From IMG/VR virus record IMGVR_UViG_3300008217_000010, positions 1 to 57,970 of that record: a stretch of 57,970 nucleotides of DNA; one strand, 5' to 3'. The DNA is from a virus. Taxonomy: Duplodnaviria > Caudoviricetes. Both the position numbers and the translations under genes were made by a program. Shown piece by piece: positions 17,805 to 27,067 of the stretch. Position 1 is the first letter of the stretch. Each line of letters starts with the position of its first letter. Below the pieces are notes generated by a model, which saw only the letters and a list, made by a program, of their open reading frames with translations, had not been told where the DNA came from and made no database searches.

Positions 17805-18047
17805 ATGCTTAAAGAGCATATCAAGAATGGTGGAAAACAAAGCAAGGCATCTCGTTTCAAGGAAGCGTTGTGTACAATGGATATTGGCTCTGCTGTTAAG
17901 TTTGACCATACAGAGTTTCAATGCACTGGACAAGGACAACGTTGTACTTTAACGCATTATACATCATTGTTGAAACGACAGGCTAAAGGAGAGTGGAAAG
18001 TAGAACATACTGCTCCTGGCATAGCAACTGTACTAAGACTAAGATAA
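17805..18047 (+). CDS. hypothetical protein
   Basis: ORF track. Confidence 0.6.
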   Translation: MLKEHIKNGGKQSKASRFKEALCTMDIGSAVKFDHTEFQCTGQGQRCTLTHYTSLLKRQAKGEWKVEHTAPGIATVLRLR

Positions 18048-18059
18048 AAGGAAAAGGTA

Positions 18060-18848
18060 ATGACCAGTAACTTTCAACAGCAAACATCTATTGACCTAGA
18101 CTTCGATTTGGATGTAGGAATCCTACAGGCTCAAATTGAGGAAGAATCAATTATGCCTGCGGAGTCAATCCTTTCCATCTTTACAACCCGAACTGGAACA
18201 AGTCGGGATGATGGAAGCACGTTCGTTAATAATGTGTGGAATATGGAGTGGAAACGTCTTGACCGTGAATCAGATATGGTTTATCGCTCAGGACACAGAA
18301 TCCCTGACAAGGATGCCACTCAAACTGCTAGAGCAAGGCAAACGTACTCCAAGCAGATTATGGCGTTCGACAAAATTGGTATTAAAGGTCGAAAGCCAGA
18401 AGACTTCCTTGGTCTGCGTTGCTGGATTAAGGAAACCATTGAGAACCCTAACTCTCAGTACGAAAAGATTTGGTGGCAACCGATGGCTGTTTATGTCGAA
18501 GGTCAGTCTAAAGAAGAGGCAATGGGCTTGGCGGTTATCGAGAGCGCAACCAACATTAACCCACCTGCCGCTTCCAAGAATGGAGTCGCTCCAGCAGAAG
18601 CTGCCGAGGAAGTTCTTGATACCATTGACACCTCAGAAGGCTCTGACTACGATGTGTTTTTAAGCATTGTACACGGTAAGAAGCATCGAGCAGCAGTCAC
18701 AGCAGCGAAAGCTGTTGACCAACTTATGGCTAACAATGATATCGCCAACGGTGTTAATAACGGCAACATATTTGACGATATGATGGAAGCCGGCCTTCTT
18801 GTTGAAGGAGCAGATGGGTCATACGAGCGTGTAACTCAATCTGCATAA
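18060..18848 (+). CDS. acidic protein, possible single-stranded DNA-binding protein
   Basis: Beta-rich aromatic N-half, acidic tail, follows the helicase. Function is inferred only. Confidence 0.45.
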   Translation: MTSNFQQQTSIDLDFDLDVGILQAQIEEESIMPAESILSIFTTRTGTSRDDGSTFVNNVWNMEWKRLDRESDMVYRSGHRIPDKDATQTARARQTYSKQIMAFDKIGIKGRKPEDFLGLRCWIKETIENPNSQYEKIWWQPMAVYVEGQSKEEAMGLAVIESATNINPPAASKNGVAPAEAAEEVLDTIDTSEGSDYDVFLSIVHGKKHRAAVTAAKAVDQLMANNDIANGVNNGNIFDDMMEAGLLVEGADGSYERVTQSA

Positions 18849-18861
18849 CTTATCCCGTGGG

Positions 18862-18993
18862 CCAGAGGCAGGTATAGCTATAGCTGTATTTGTGGATTAG
18901 TGGGCTAAGTCTCTGGATTCTGGTGGGGGCGAGCCAGTGAACCAACACTATATTGGAGGTGAGCATACTGTGAGTGAATCACCCGCAGAGTCT
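18862..18993 (+). ncRNA. candidate structured RNA
   Basis: CCAGAG/CTCTGG encloses an 11-bp and a 4-bp hairpin. GGATTCTG/CAGAGTCT closes a second domain. Confidence 0.4.
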
Positions 18994-18998
18994 AAACC

Positions 18999-19129
18999 AA
19001 GCTGGTGGCGGAATAGGTAGACGCGACTTTAATCATACAATAGTGGGACTTACAGAAGATTCTGGCTTAAGCTCCAGTTCCCTTGTAATACGTATGGCCC
19101 ATCCGTGGTGCAAATCCACGGCCAGCTTG
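18999..19129 (+). tRNA. tRNA-Leu-like RNA with enlarged anticodon/variable region (atypical)
   Basis: Acceptor AAGCTGG/CCAGCTT, D-arm GCG-GAATAGGTAGA-CGC, T-arm CCGTGG-TGCAAAT-CCACGG, 77 nt between D and T arms, no encoded CCA. Confidence 0.7.
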
Positions 19130-19150
19130 TAATTAATTAAAGGAGTAGAG

Positions 19151-19483
19151 GTGCCAAGTAAAAGTGAAGAAGTAAATCATCGTAGTTGGAAGGACATTCT
19201 ATTCGAGCGACAAAAAGGTTTATGTTACTATTGTGACATACCATTAAATAGAGAGCGATTAGATAGAGAACACTTAAGACCTGATTCATTAACTGTTGAC
19301 CACTTTGTTCCTAAGTGTTTCTTTCCTAAAGGCTACGACCATTACGGAACAGGCAATGTCGTAGTAGCTTGTTTCCGATGCAATTCAAATAAAGGTAACA
19401 CCATCCCTGGAGCAAAAGAGATGGGTGACGATTATGTTACTTATCTTAACTACAAGGACTACATAGGTAGAGAAAATGACTAA
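19151..19483 (+). CDS. HNH endonuclease
   Basis: CYYC...TVDHFVP...NVVVACFRCNSNKG. Confidence 0.9.
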   Translation: MPSKSEEVNHRSWKDILFERQKGLCYYCDIPLNRERLDREHLRPDSLTVDHFVPKCFFPKGYDHYGTGNVVVACFRCNSNKGNTIPGAKEMGDDYVTYLNYKDYIGREND

Positions 19484-19916
19484 AGTATTCGTAGCATCCT
19501 CATGGAAAGAGGAAAAACAACAAGAGGTAGTCCAATTCATTAAAGGCATAGAGGCATATGAAGTCTATGACTTTAAAGAAAAGGAAACATTCAATTGGAA
19601 AGATGTTTCTCCTGATTGGAAGTACTGGACTGCCGAAGACTTTACAGCAGAACTTGAGGGTAACGAATTAATGTCTACAAGCTTTCAGGCAGATATGACT
19701 GCTCTAAAAGGTTGTGATATTTGTGTGATGGTTCTAGAATGTGGAAAGTCTGCCCACCTTGAGTTAGGTTTCGCGGTAGGCTCAGGTAAAAGAACTATCA
19801 TTCTGTTAGATAAACTCACATTCGTAGAAGCTGAGCTTATGTACAAGATGGCTGACTACGTTGCAATTGGTCTAGACGACCTTCGTGATATTCTTGAAAT
19901 CATGCAGGAGAACTAA
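19476..19916 (+). CDS. nucleoside 2-deoxyribosyltransferase-fold protein
   Basis: VFVASSW...D..AL..CD..V....G.SAHLELGFA. Confidence 0.75.
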   Translation: MTKVFVASSWKEEKQQEVVQFIKGIEAYEVYDFKEKETFNWKDVSPDWKYWTAEDFTAELEGNELMSTSFQADMTALKGCDICVMVLECGKSAHLELGFAVGSGKRTIILLDKLTFVEAELMYKMADYVAIGLDDLRDILEIMQEN

Positions 19917-20275
19917 TGTTAGTCTACATAGCTTCACCATATTCCAGTGAGTTCACTGAAAGCTTTGAGAACCTAATGCACCGTGAGGAGCGTGTCGATA
20001 GAGTTGAGGAATACATAGCCAAGCTCTATGCTGACGGAAATAACAAGACAGTCATGTTTTATTCTCCTATCCTTCACTGTCACGAAATGGCTCAACATTA
20101 TAGTCTGCCAACTGGTCATGAGTTTTGGGAAAGTATGGACCACATAATGATTGACAAGTCAGACAGAGTTGAAGTCCTTATGATGGAAGGTTGGAAAGAA
20201 TCTAAAGGAGTTCAAGATGAGATAGCATATGCTAATTTAACAGGTAAACCTATCTCGTATATAAACTGGCAATGA
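19916..20275 (+). CDS. DUF1937/DUF4406-like NDT-fold protein
   Basis: VYIASPY...SPI..H...EGWKESKGVQDEIAYA. Confidence 0.75.
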   Translation: MLVYIASPYSSEFTESFENLMHREERVDRVEEYIAKLYADGNNKTVMFYSPILHCHEMAQHYSLPTGHEFWESMDHIMIDKSDRVEVLMMEGWKESKGVQDEIAYANLTGKPISYINWQ

Positions 20276-20526
20276 TTGAGCAACTAACAAGTCTTTGTGG
20301 GCACGTTAAATTAGATAAAAAGTTAACTGACCTACCTCATATTGTCACTGAACTTGAAATCTTTAATATACGAATCCGACAACATTACGAATTGAACAGA
20401 GAGTGTTGGTTAATACACCAACAAGACACTGTATATCAATTCATCGACTGGAGTGTTATCAATGAGCGAAAACGGAAACTCTACCTCGAACGACTCCGTA
20501 GTTCTGGGTCAAAAGTACATCTTTAA
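20272..20526 (+). CDS. hypothetical protein
   Basis: ATGA overlap. Confidence 0.5.
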   Translation: MIEQLTSLCGHVKLDKKLTDLPHIVTELEIFNIRIRQHYELNRECWLIHQQDTVYQFIDWSVINERKRKLYLERLRSSGSKVHL

Positions 20527-20812
20527 TATATCTGACCGTCCTATCTTTGAACATAAATGTGGCTTTACTTACAATAGTAATGCACTTTGTTTAAAGTGGA
20601 ATAATACCTGCGTTCTTGCACACAGGGTATTTGATTACTCAGATTCTGAAATAGAGTGTCCTAACTGTGCAATAGAAATTGACATTCCAGAAGAATTCAA
20701 AAAATATAACATTCTAGTACAAGGTGAGGTAAACTCTAAAAAGAGAGATGTTGATGGTAATATTGAGCTAGTCCTATTCTTAGTAAGCGAGGAGGAATTA
20801 ACAAAACTGTAA
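20453..20812 (+). CDS. zinc-ribbon hypothetical protein
   Basis: HKC...CPNC, TAATG coupling downstream. Confidence 0.6.
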   Translation: MLSMSENGNSTSNDSVVLGQKYIFNISDRPIFEHKCGFTYNSNALCLKWNNTCVLAHRVFDYSDSEIECPNCAIEIDIPEEFKKYNILVQGEVNSKKRDVDGNIELVLFLVSEEELTKL

Positions 20813-21312
20813 TGGTAACACAAAGCTCTACGCCAGCAGAAAAGGAAGTTCTTAACGCTCGATTAAACTCTATGTCAAGAGAGCAATTAATTGAGTTAGC
20901 AATGAACGACCAAGACGAGGTAGATACCCTACAGTACAGAATGGGTGCAGCTAAGTTTATACTTAGAAAACATCTACTGAAAGATGGTGGTACTATGCTA
21001 CCCCATCCTGAGATTGAGGTTAAAGCTAAGTACAGGAAATCTGAGTATGACTTTGCATACGTCAGTAGTGTTCTGAAAGAGAATTTCAGTCCTGAAGAAA
21101 TGGTCGATATGGGACACACTCCTGAAAAGACTGAGACAGTCACAACACCAGAAAAATACGATATGAGAATATTAAGGGGGGTGGCTAAATACGGAAAGAA
21201 GTTTGAGGAAATGCTTGAAAAAGCAGTCAAGAAAGGTGATATGATAGATATCAGCTTGAAACGAAAGAAAGGCAAATCCAACACTGAACAAGAAGAGGAA
21301 GAAGATGAGTAA
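20812..21312 (+). CDS. hypothetical protein with acidic tail
   Basis: 166-aa ORF, TAATG coupling. Confidence 0.7.
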   Translation: MVTQSSTPAEKEVLNARLNSMSREQLIELAMNDQDEVDTLQYRMGAAKFILRKHLLKDGGTMLPHPEIEVKAKYRKSEYDFAYVSSVLKENFSPEEMVDMGHTPEKTETVTTPEKYDMRILRGVAKYGKKFEEMLEKAVKKGDMIDISLKRKKGKSNTEQEEEEDE

Positions 21313-21504
21313 TGACAACAAAGAAGGCAAACGCGAACTTCTAGTATTCAAGGACAATAATAAGAAGTTCAAACTTTGAGTTCCAATGGATTCTAAGATA
21401 ACTTTCGGTCTTGGAGTCCTGGCTCTAAAACAGGTGATGGTGGTTACGGAGACAAGGCTCAGAGAGGTACCTTAAGGGTATACGCAGGCAAGACAGAGAA
21501 ATCT
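21305..21504 (+). pseudogene. decayed hypothetical gene (..ITFG[P]WSPG..TLRVY..) running in frame into thyX
   Basis: In-frame TGA at 21377-21379 and a 1-nt deletion near 21408. Confidence 0.5.
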
Positions 21505-22227
21505 GAAATCATTGAAGTAGATGGTCGTGCTTGCTATCTATCCTTTGGTACAGACTTGAACGATAACATCAATAGAGTTAGAGAGGGAAATGAGTCATAT
21601 ATTAAAAACATAATCAATGTACGTCATGGCTCTGTTCTTGAGCACGGATTTATTAACTTTCAAATAGTAGATGTATCTCGTGTATTCACACATGAGGTGG
21701 TCAGACATCGCGCAGGCACAGCTATTAGTCAAGAGTCATTACGGTTCGTTAGAGCTAATGACCTTGGTTACTGGATTCCACCTTGTTTCCAAGATATCAT
21801 TGGAATAGAACTCATGTTCGAAGATTTCTTTAGATATTCCGAGGTTACATACAGAGAGGTTTTACTCTGGGCAGCTATCAAGGAATACGGCATGGATACT
21901 AATTATTCTTCTACTAAAGAAGGAAAAGACGAATTGGAAAGATTGTTTAACGACCTTCCTTTTGATAAAAAGAAGATGTATACGTCTGCTGCTCGTAGAT
22001 TCCTACCTATAGGTATGGCAACTAAGATAGGATGGTCTTGCAACATACGAACACTTCGCGCTGTATTAGAAATGCGTACACACCCATCTGCTGAAGAAGA
22101 GATTCGCTTTGTCTTTGGACAGATAGGACAGATAGCTTCCAAACGTTAGCCTGCTCTGTTTGCTAACTATCAAGTAGAAATGGTTAACGACTTACCTTGG
22201 TACAACACTAAAAATACGAAGGTGTAA
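21505..22227 (+). pseudogene. thyX: flavin-dependent thymidylate synthase, disrupted
   Basis: GRACYLSF, HGSVLEH, THEVVRHR..SQESLRF, AARRFLP, AEEEIR. No start codon upstream of GRACY. In-frame TAG at 22147-22149 is followed by PALFANY.... Confidence 0.85.
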
Positions 22228-22229
22228 GG

Positions 22230-22562
22230 ATGCAAGCTACGATGGTATTTCATCTAGGAGCCTGTCCAAAGTGCAAAGGTGACTTAACTAATGGAGAAGC
22301 AGATGATGAGAAAAGGTGCATACAGTGTGGAAAGATTGTGTATGCTTATTTGCCTGAAGAAACTTTAACATCAGATTATAAGAAAGATATCTGGCAGGCA
22401 GACCAAGCGTTTCTAAACTTTCATCGTCCAATGCTTATGTTATTTCAGGCAGGACATAGCGCAAAAGACGTTGCACTTTTTACTAGTAAGAACCAGGATT
22501 GGGTTAGACATGTACTTAATCGCTTTAACCAAATCAAGGAATACAGGGATGTGGGGTTCTAA
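22230..22562 (+). CDS. zinc ribbon + HTH-like protein
   Basis: CPKC.GDL...CIQCG, then G.S.KDVA.......V..VL. Confidence 0.65.
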   Translation: MQATMVFHLGACPKCKGDLTNGEADDEKRCIQCGKIVYAYLPEETLTSDYKKDIWQADQAFLNFHRPMLMLFQAGHSAKDVALFTSKNQDWVRHVLNRFNQIKEYRDVGF

Positions 22563-23124
22563 TTGTTAATTGGAGTCATGGGTAAGGCTCGTTCAGGAAA
22601 GTCAATTACAGCAGAAAGACTTGTTGATGAACACGGATTTAGAAGAACAGCATTTGCAGAGACACTAAAGGTAACAGCACAACTTATCTTTAACTTAACA
22701 CATGAACAGTGCTTGGTAAAAAGAAAGATGTGTTGGATAAAAGACTAGGTATTACTCTCGACATATTCTTCAACAGTTAGAAACTGAAGTAACTCGAACT
22801 ATTCATCCTGATGCTTGGGTCATGTCTGTAGCTAGAAGAATTAACACTAGTAAACATTTAGATGGTGTTTTCTCATCTGCGAGGGATTGGGTAATAGATG
22901 ATGTAAGATTTCCCAACGAACTCAATTGGATTAGAAATGAAGGTGGAGTTATCTTACAGACAAATAGAGAAAAGCTCAAACAAGAGTTGGATAGAACTCA
23001 TGTCAGTGAAACAGCACTAGATAATATGTTTCCTGATTTACACTTAGATAACACAGGAACTCTAGCTTATCTTCATAACCAAATTGATGAATTCATTTCG
23101 GTGCAGAGAGGACTGAATGAGTGA
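22563..23124 (+). pseudogene. deoxynucleoside monophosphate kinase, two frameshifts
   Basis: GKARSGK, FAETLK, [P]RHILQQL(E)TE...DAWV, DDVRFPNE, HVSE. 1-nt deletions near 22713 and 22756 (span 562 nt). Confidence 0.85.
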
Positions 23125-23836
23125 ACAGGCTTACAAAGACGATTATATAACTCTGTTAACTCGTACAGACCACATGATGCCTGATATAGCAAATAACTCT
23201 ATAGATGTGATTGTCTGTGACCCACCATACGGAGTTAAGTATCAATCACATACTCGAGTTGCTACTCCATTGTTTGCTAAGATAGCAGACGATGATAACC
23301 TTGCTTGGGTTCCTGAGTTCCTTACGGAATGTTATAGAGTACTCAAGACCCCTGGTGCTATGATGTTGTTTACATCTTGGTTAGTAGAGCCAGAGTGGGA
23401 GAAGTATGTAGAAGAAGCTAAGTTCAGAATGTTACAGCTTCTCTATTGGGATAAAAGTGATTCCGCTGGTGGTATTGGTGACTTAGATGCTAAGTTCTAT
23501 GAAGTAGTAGAACAAATCATGTACTGTACAAAAGGCAGATATTTGATGCACTCTAAGCGTCGGTCTAATGTATTTCGATACCAGAGGTCAGCACCTAAAG
23601 ATAGGTGGCATCCAATTCAAAAGCCTGATGCACTTCTTCAGGATATGATTAACTGCCTCTGTGAAGGAAAGAAAGACCCTGTAATTCTTGACCCATACGC
23701 AGGTAGTGGTTCTACTCTCATGGCAGCTAAGAAATTAGGACTTAAGTCAATTGGCTACGAGTTACCCGACGACGGAGAAAGAGACTATGTAGCTAGAATG
23801 ATTGGCACATTCAGTCAAAGCGTGATGATGCTGTGA
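23117..23836 (+). CDS. DNA N6-adenine/N4-cytosine methyltransferase (beta class)
   Basis: DPPY, HPIQKP, LDPYAGSGST. Confidence 0.93.
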   Translation: MSEQAYKDDYITLLTRTDHMMPDIANNSIDVIVCDPPYGVKYQSHTRVATPLFAKIADDDNLAWVPEFLTECYRVLKTPGAMMLFTSWLVEPEWEKYVEEAKFRMLQLLYWDKSDSAGGIGDLDAKFYEVVEQIMYCTKGRYLMHSKRRSNVFRYQRSAPKDRWHPIQKPDALLQDMINCLCEGKKDPVILDPYAGSGSTLMAAKKLGLKSIGYELPDDGERDYVARMIGTFSQSVMML

Positions 23837-24016
23837 GAGATCTAACTGGCTGGTATAAGTACTGGTTTGGTTTTCTGGAGTTCTTGTATAGTCTCCGTAA
23901 ATGCTATGAATGTGACCATCCGTATTGGATGCACAAAAGTTTAAGCTTTGGAACAGGATAGAGTGGTATTGCAGGATGCCTTTGTGCGAACACTCAATAA
24001 GCGAGACATACGACTA

Positions 24017-24430
24017 ATGAGAATCTTTGTAGACTGTGACGATACGTTGTTACTCTATCATACTAAGGAGCAGAAAACTCCATATGGTATGTGGACTGGT
24101 ATTCCTTTTACTCCGAACTATCGGTTAATTGGCGCACTCATGATTCACAAGAAAGACCATTCAGAAGATGAAATAATCTTCTGGTCTGGTGGTGCAGAAT
24201 ACGCTAAAGAATGTGCCACAAAATTACACTTGTGGGATATGGCGTATGCCTTTGCTCACAAAAACAAAAGTAATTTTCACATGGTTCAAGAGGGAGACAT
24301 AGTTATTGACGATGATAGTTTCTCTGACTTACCTAAAGAAGAACAAATTAGAACACATACTCCCTTTAACTGGCCTGAGGAAGAATGGAAGGGCAGACCA
24401 GACAAGGAGATAATTAAACATGTTACGTAG
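24017..24430 (+). CDS. HAD-superfamily phosphatase-like protein
   Basis: IFVDCDDTL, WSGG, IVIDD. Confidence 0.75.
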   Translation: MRIFVDCDDTLLLYHTKEQKTPYGMWTGIPFTPNYRLIGALMIHKKDHSEDEIIFWSGGAEYAKECATKLHLWDMAYAFAHKNKSNFHMVQEGDIVIDDDSFSDLPKEEQIRTHTPFNWPEEEWKGRPDKEIIKHVT

Positions 24431-24611
24431 ACTTTTTTGTGCTTTTGTGTTACATCAACCAGTTGTTGAAGTCCAAATAAAAAGAGAGAACGAAGATGAA
24501 ACATGGTACTCTTATAGATGTTACAGATTATGTTGTAAGTATCCTGGTGATATTGGTTGGTTCCCGTTGCTTTGGCGCAAGATGTATGGTAGGGTATGGC
24601 GAGGCAGCTAG
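24420..24611 (+). CDS. hypothetical protein
   Basis: AAGGAG RBS. Confidence 0.45.
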   Translation: MLRRLFCAFVLHQPVVEVQIKRENEDETWYSYRCYRLCCKYPGDIGWFPLLWRKMYGRVWRGS

Positions 24612-24627
24612 GGCCAGGCGTTCAGGT

Positions 24628-24727
24628 ATAGAATCAGGGCCACAGAATCGTTTTTACGGGCATTGTTTCCCGTTTCAGGTAGTCAGGGCCAGGTTAGGGA
24701 TTCTGACCCCCTAGAATCAATTTAGGT
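24628..24727 (+). repeat. dispersed non-coding element, copy A
   Basis: GGGCCACAGAATCGTTTTT...TAGAATCAATTTAGG, with motifs shared by 34055-34158 and 39025-39118. Confidence 0.6.
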
Positions 24728-24746
24728 GAAAGCATAGGAGATTAAT

Positions 24747-25331
24747 ATGGCAATGCTAGGTGGAGAGGAAATCAAGAAGCAATATGCGGCTAGGAAATTG
24801 CTTATTGAACCTTACAACGATGAACAGGTCAATCCTAACTCTTACGATGTTCGTATGGGACAATGGGTAATTGAACCAAGACACAGTAACTCAATAGTTC
24901 TATTATCAGTGGCAGAAAGTACAGAGCTACTGTGGAACAAACCTAGAAAGATTGCTAAAGATGGAGTGGTAATAATGCCGCCACACTCTATTTTACTTGC
25001 ACATACCAACGAGGTCATAGGTTCATATAAATATGGGACGTTGTTAAAAGCACGTTCTACTATTGCAAGGTCAGGTATTGATATTTGTGCTTCTGCTGGA
25101 TTTGGTGATGTTGGATATGTTAACCACTGGACATTAGAGTTAACTAACAACAGTAAGAATCACATAGCTATATCACCAGGTATGAGACTGGCACAGATAG
25201 CTTTTATCGAGGTCAAGAATCCTGGTCAGTACGAAGGTGCATATAAACAGGTTATCAGTTCTGACTTTGAGAAATTAACATGGGAGCCTGAAATGATGCT
25301 TCCTGTACTCGGGCCACTACGAGTCTTTTAA
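24747..25331 (+). CDS. dcd: dCTP deaminase
   Basis: QVNPNSYDVR, ARSTIARSG, AGFGDVGY, TLELTN, GMRLAQI. Confidence 0.9.
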   Translation: MAMLGGEEIKKQYAARKLLIEPYNDEQVNPNSYDVRMGQWVIEPRHSNSIVLLSVAESTELLWNKPRKIAKDGVVIMPPHSILLAHTNEVIGSYKYGTLLKARSTIARSGIDICASAGFGDVGYVNHWTLELTNNSKNHIAISPGMRLAQIAFIEVKNPGQYEGAYKQVISSDFEKLTWEPEMMLPVLGPLRVF

Positions 25332-25531
25332 TGTGGCTAGTATTCGCTATGCTACGTGGACACGAAAAGCGATGGGATGAGGATGCACCAGATAGAGTTG
25401 GACTTGTATCTATCGTACTATATGGCATACACTTTGGATACTGTCCAATCTATGAAACAGAAGATGAAGCAGAGTATTTCTTTCCAGGTGTACTAAGAGC
25501 CAAGCTACCAATGACTATAGTAGGAGAGTGA
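25331..25531 (+). CDS. hypothetical protein
   Basis: TAATG coupling. Confidence 0.6.
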   Translation: MWLVFAMLRGHEKRWDEDAPDRVGLVSIVLYGIHFGYCPIYETEDEAEYFFPGVLRAKLPMTIVGE

Positions 25532-25713
25532 CGATGGAAACCTCAAGCCAGCTTGAACAAGATATTTTAAGAGGATTATTTACACTCAAAGAATTTCCTG
25601 ACCTTCCAAAAACAGAATGTACTACGTTCGATGAAGAACAGAAACCAAAGAACTTGTCCATCTATCGTATTGGAAGTAACGTTATACGTATTGATATCAA
25701 GGAGCCTAAGTAA
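25528..25713 (+). CDS. hypothetical protein
   Basis: ORF track, coupled to neighbours. Confidence 0.6.
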   Translation: MTMETSSQLEQDILRGLFTLKEFPDLPKTECTTFDEEQKPKNLSIYRIGSNVIRIDIKEPK

Positions 25714-26026
25714 TGAAACTCTGGTTCGATATCAATACCAAGGAACAAGTAGCTCCAAACTCACATAGACCAAATCTGATAACTATGTTGAGTTGACAAT
25801 TTGTGATAAGTGTGGTTGGGTTAGTGAGCAAGACAACATCATTAACGAGTATGAACTAGCTGTTAACCTTAAATTCGACTTACATAGAAGTTGTGTCGAT
25901 ACAGTTAGAGATAGATTCAGGATGAGCATTGGACTAAAGACCAACGCAGATATTGACAAGATGGTTAAAAATGGAAGATATCTTAATTCTATCCCATCAC
26001 AGAAAAAAGACTATAAATCGTTGTAG
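25713..26026 (+). pseudogene. frameshifted zinc-ribbon gene
   Basis: TAATG start MKLWFD... A 1-nt deletion near 25768 separates it from TICDKC...HRSC (span 314 nt). Confidence 0.55.
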
Positions 26027-26906
26027 GTTCAAAGCATACCTACATTATGACCGACGAAAGAGAAAAGTTGAAACTGATATCAATTTGATATTCGGTACAG
26101 CTTTTCATACTGCTCTAGATGTGTACTACAATCGCAAACGTAAAATGGAGTTTGACGATTTACGTCAGGTCTTTGAGTTAGCGATGGATGTACCTGTACC
26201 AGATGATAGGTCACAACTCGAACAAGAATTATCAACATGGACAAAGATTGGTAGTCAAATGCTTTATAACTACCATTTAATAACTCAGGCTAATGAACAC
26301 TTTGAAGTTCTTGAAACTGAGCGTCCTTTTTATCTATGTTTAGACGAAGATGGACAGATTATTTGCGATGCTGTCACTTCTAAAGAGAACATACCAAGTA
26401 ATGCTTTCTTTATTCTGGCTGGAAAGATTGACCTCACAATTGATATGGGTGGTGATATATACTTTGTTGACCACAAGACTACAGCGTTCAACAAAGAGAA
26501 GTTTGAAGAACACTATCGCCTTGATGAGCAATTGCTCGACTATAGTATCTTTGGCCGCTGGCTCTATGGTGAACGTTTCAAAGGTACTCTTGTTAATGGC
26601 CTCAACAAGAAACTCGATTCACCAGAGGGACTTATATTCAGAATGTGGATGATGTATAGTGATGAAGAAATTGACTATGCTATTTCATCCTATATGGACA
26701 CAGCACAAGAACATTACATACTAAGACAGCAACCTCACTTGTTACAGCAACGTACACAAGACTTTGATTGCAACAGATGTACTTATGAACCTGTCAGTAC
26801 AGCACTAAGAAAGGGCGACGATTGGGAGACAGTCCTAGAACTGTACTACGAGGATATAGAAGAAATGGATTGGGAGAATGAAGGTGTCCAAGCAAATATG
26901 CAGTAG
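25971..26906 (+). CDS. PD-(D/E)XK exonuclease (RecB/Cas4-like)
   Basis: GTAFHTAL, E..F, GKIDL, VDHKT, QL.DY and C-terminal CNRC. Confidence 0.88.
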   Translation: MEDILILSHHRKKTINRCRFKAYLHYDRRKRKVETDINLIFGTAFHTALDVYYNRKRKMEFDDLRQVFELAMDVPVPDDRSQLEQELSTWTKIGSQMLYNYHLITQANEHFEVLETERPFYLCLDEDGQIICDAVTSKENIPSNAFFILAGKIDLTIDMGGDIYFVDHKTTAFNKEKFEEHYRLDEQLLDYSIFGRWLYGERFKGTLVNGLNKKLDSPEGLIFRMWMMYSDEEIDYAISSYMDTAQEHYILRQQPHLLQQRTQDFDCNRCTYEPVSTALRKGDDWETVLELYYEDIEEMDWENEGVQANMQ

Positions 26907-27063
26907 ACCAGCTAAGTTCTTCTTTTTCAACAGAGGTAAGAAGGGATTGGAGTCAGTAGCATTATGCGAAGATTGTAAAAATGCGGCGTCACCAGAAATA
27001 CAAAAGCAAATCAAAGACTTGGTATCATCATTTCCACATCCATGTGTAATTGAAGTAGAGTAG
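26878..27063 (+). CDS. small zinc-finger protein
   Basis: CSRPA...LCEDC. Confidence 0.55.
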   Translation: MKVSKQICSRPAKFFFFNRGKKGLESVALCEDCKNAASPEIQKQIKDLVSSFPHPCVIEVE

Positions 27064-27067
27064 GCAA

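Noticed and set aside
18136-18663. Alternative-frame and antisense ORFs throughout the track (e.g. 18136-18663, 20736-21284, 50316-50672)
   Set aside because: They are nested in or opposite well-supported genes, lack RBSs and mostly go against the strand organisation of each arm.
21386-21477. MDSKITFG...VVTETRL as the true ThyX N-terminus
   Set aside because: Better explained as the frameshifted interior of the upstream gene (ITFG[P]WSPG...TLRVY) that starts at 21305.
24496-24714. 72-aa ORF over element A (likewise 38899-39114 over element C)
   Set aside because: No RBS or protein-like features. They coincide with the non-coding repeat elements.
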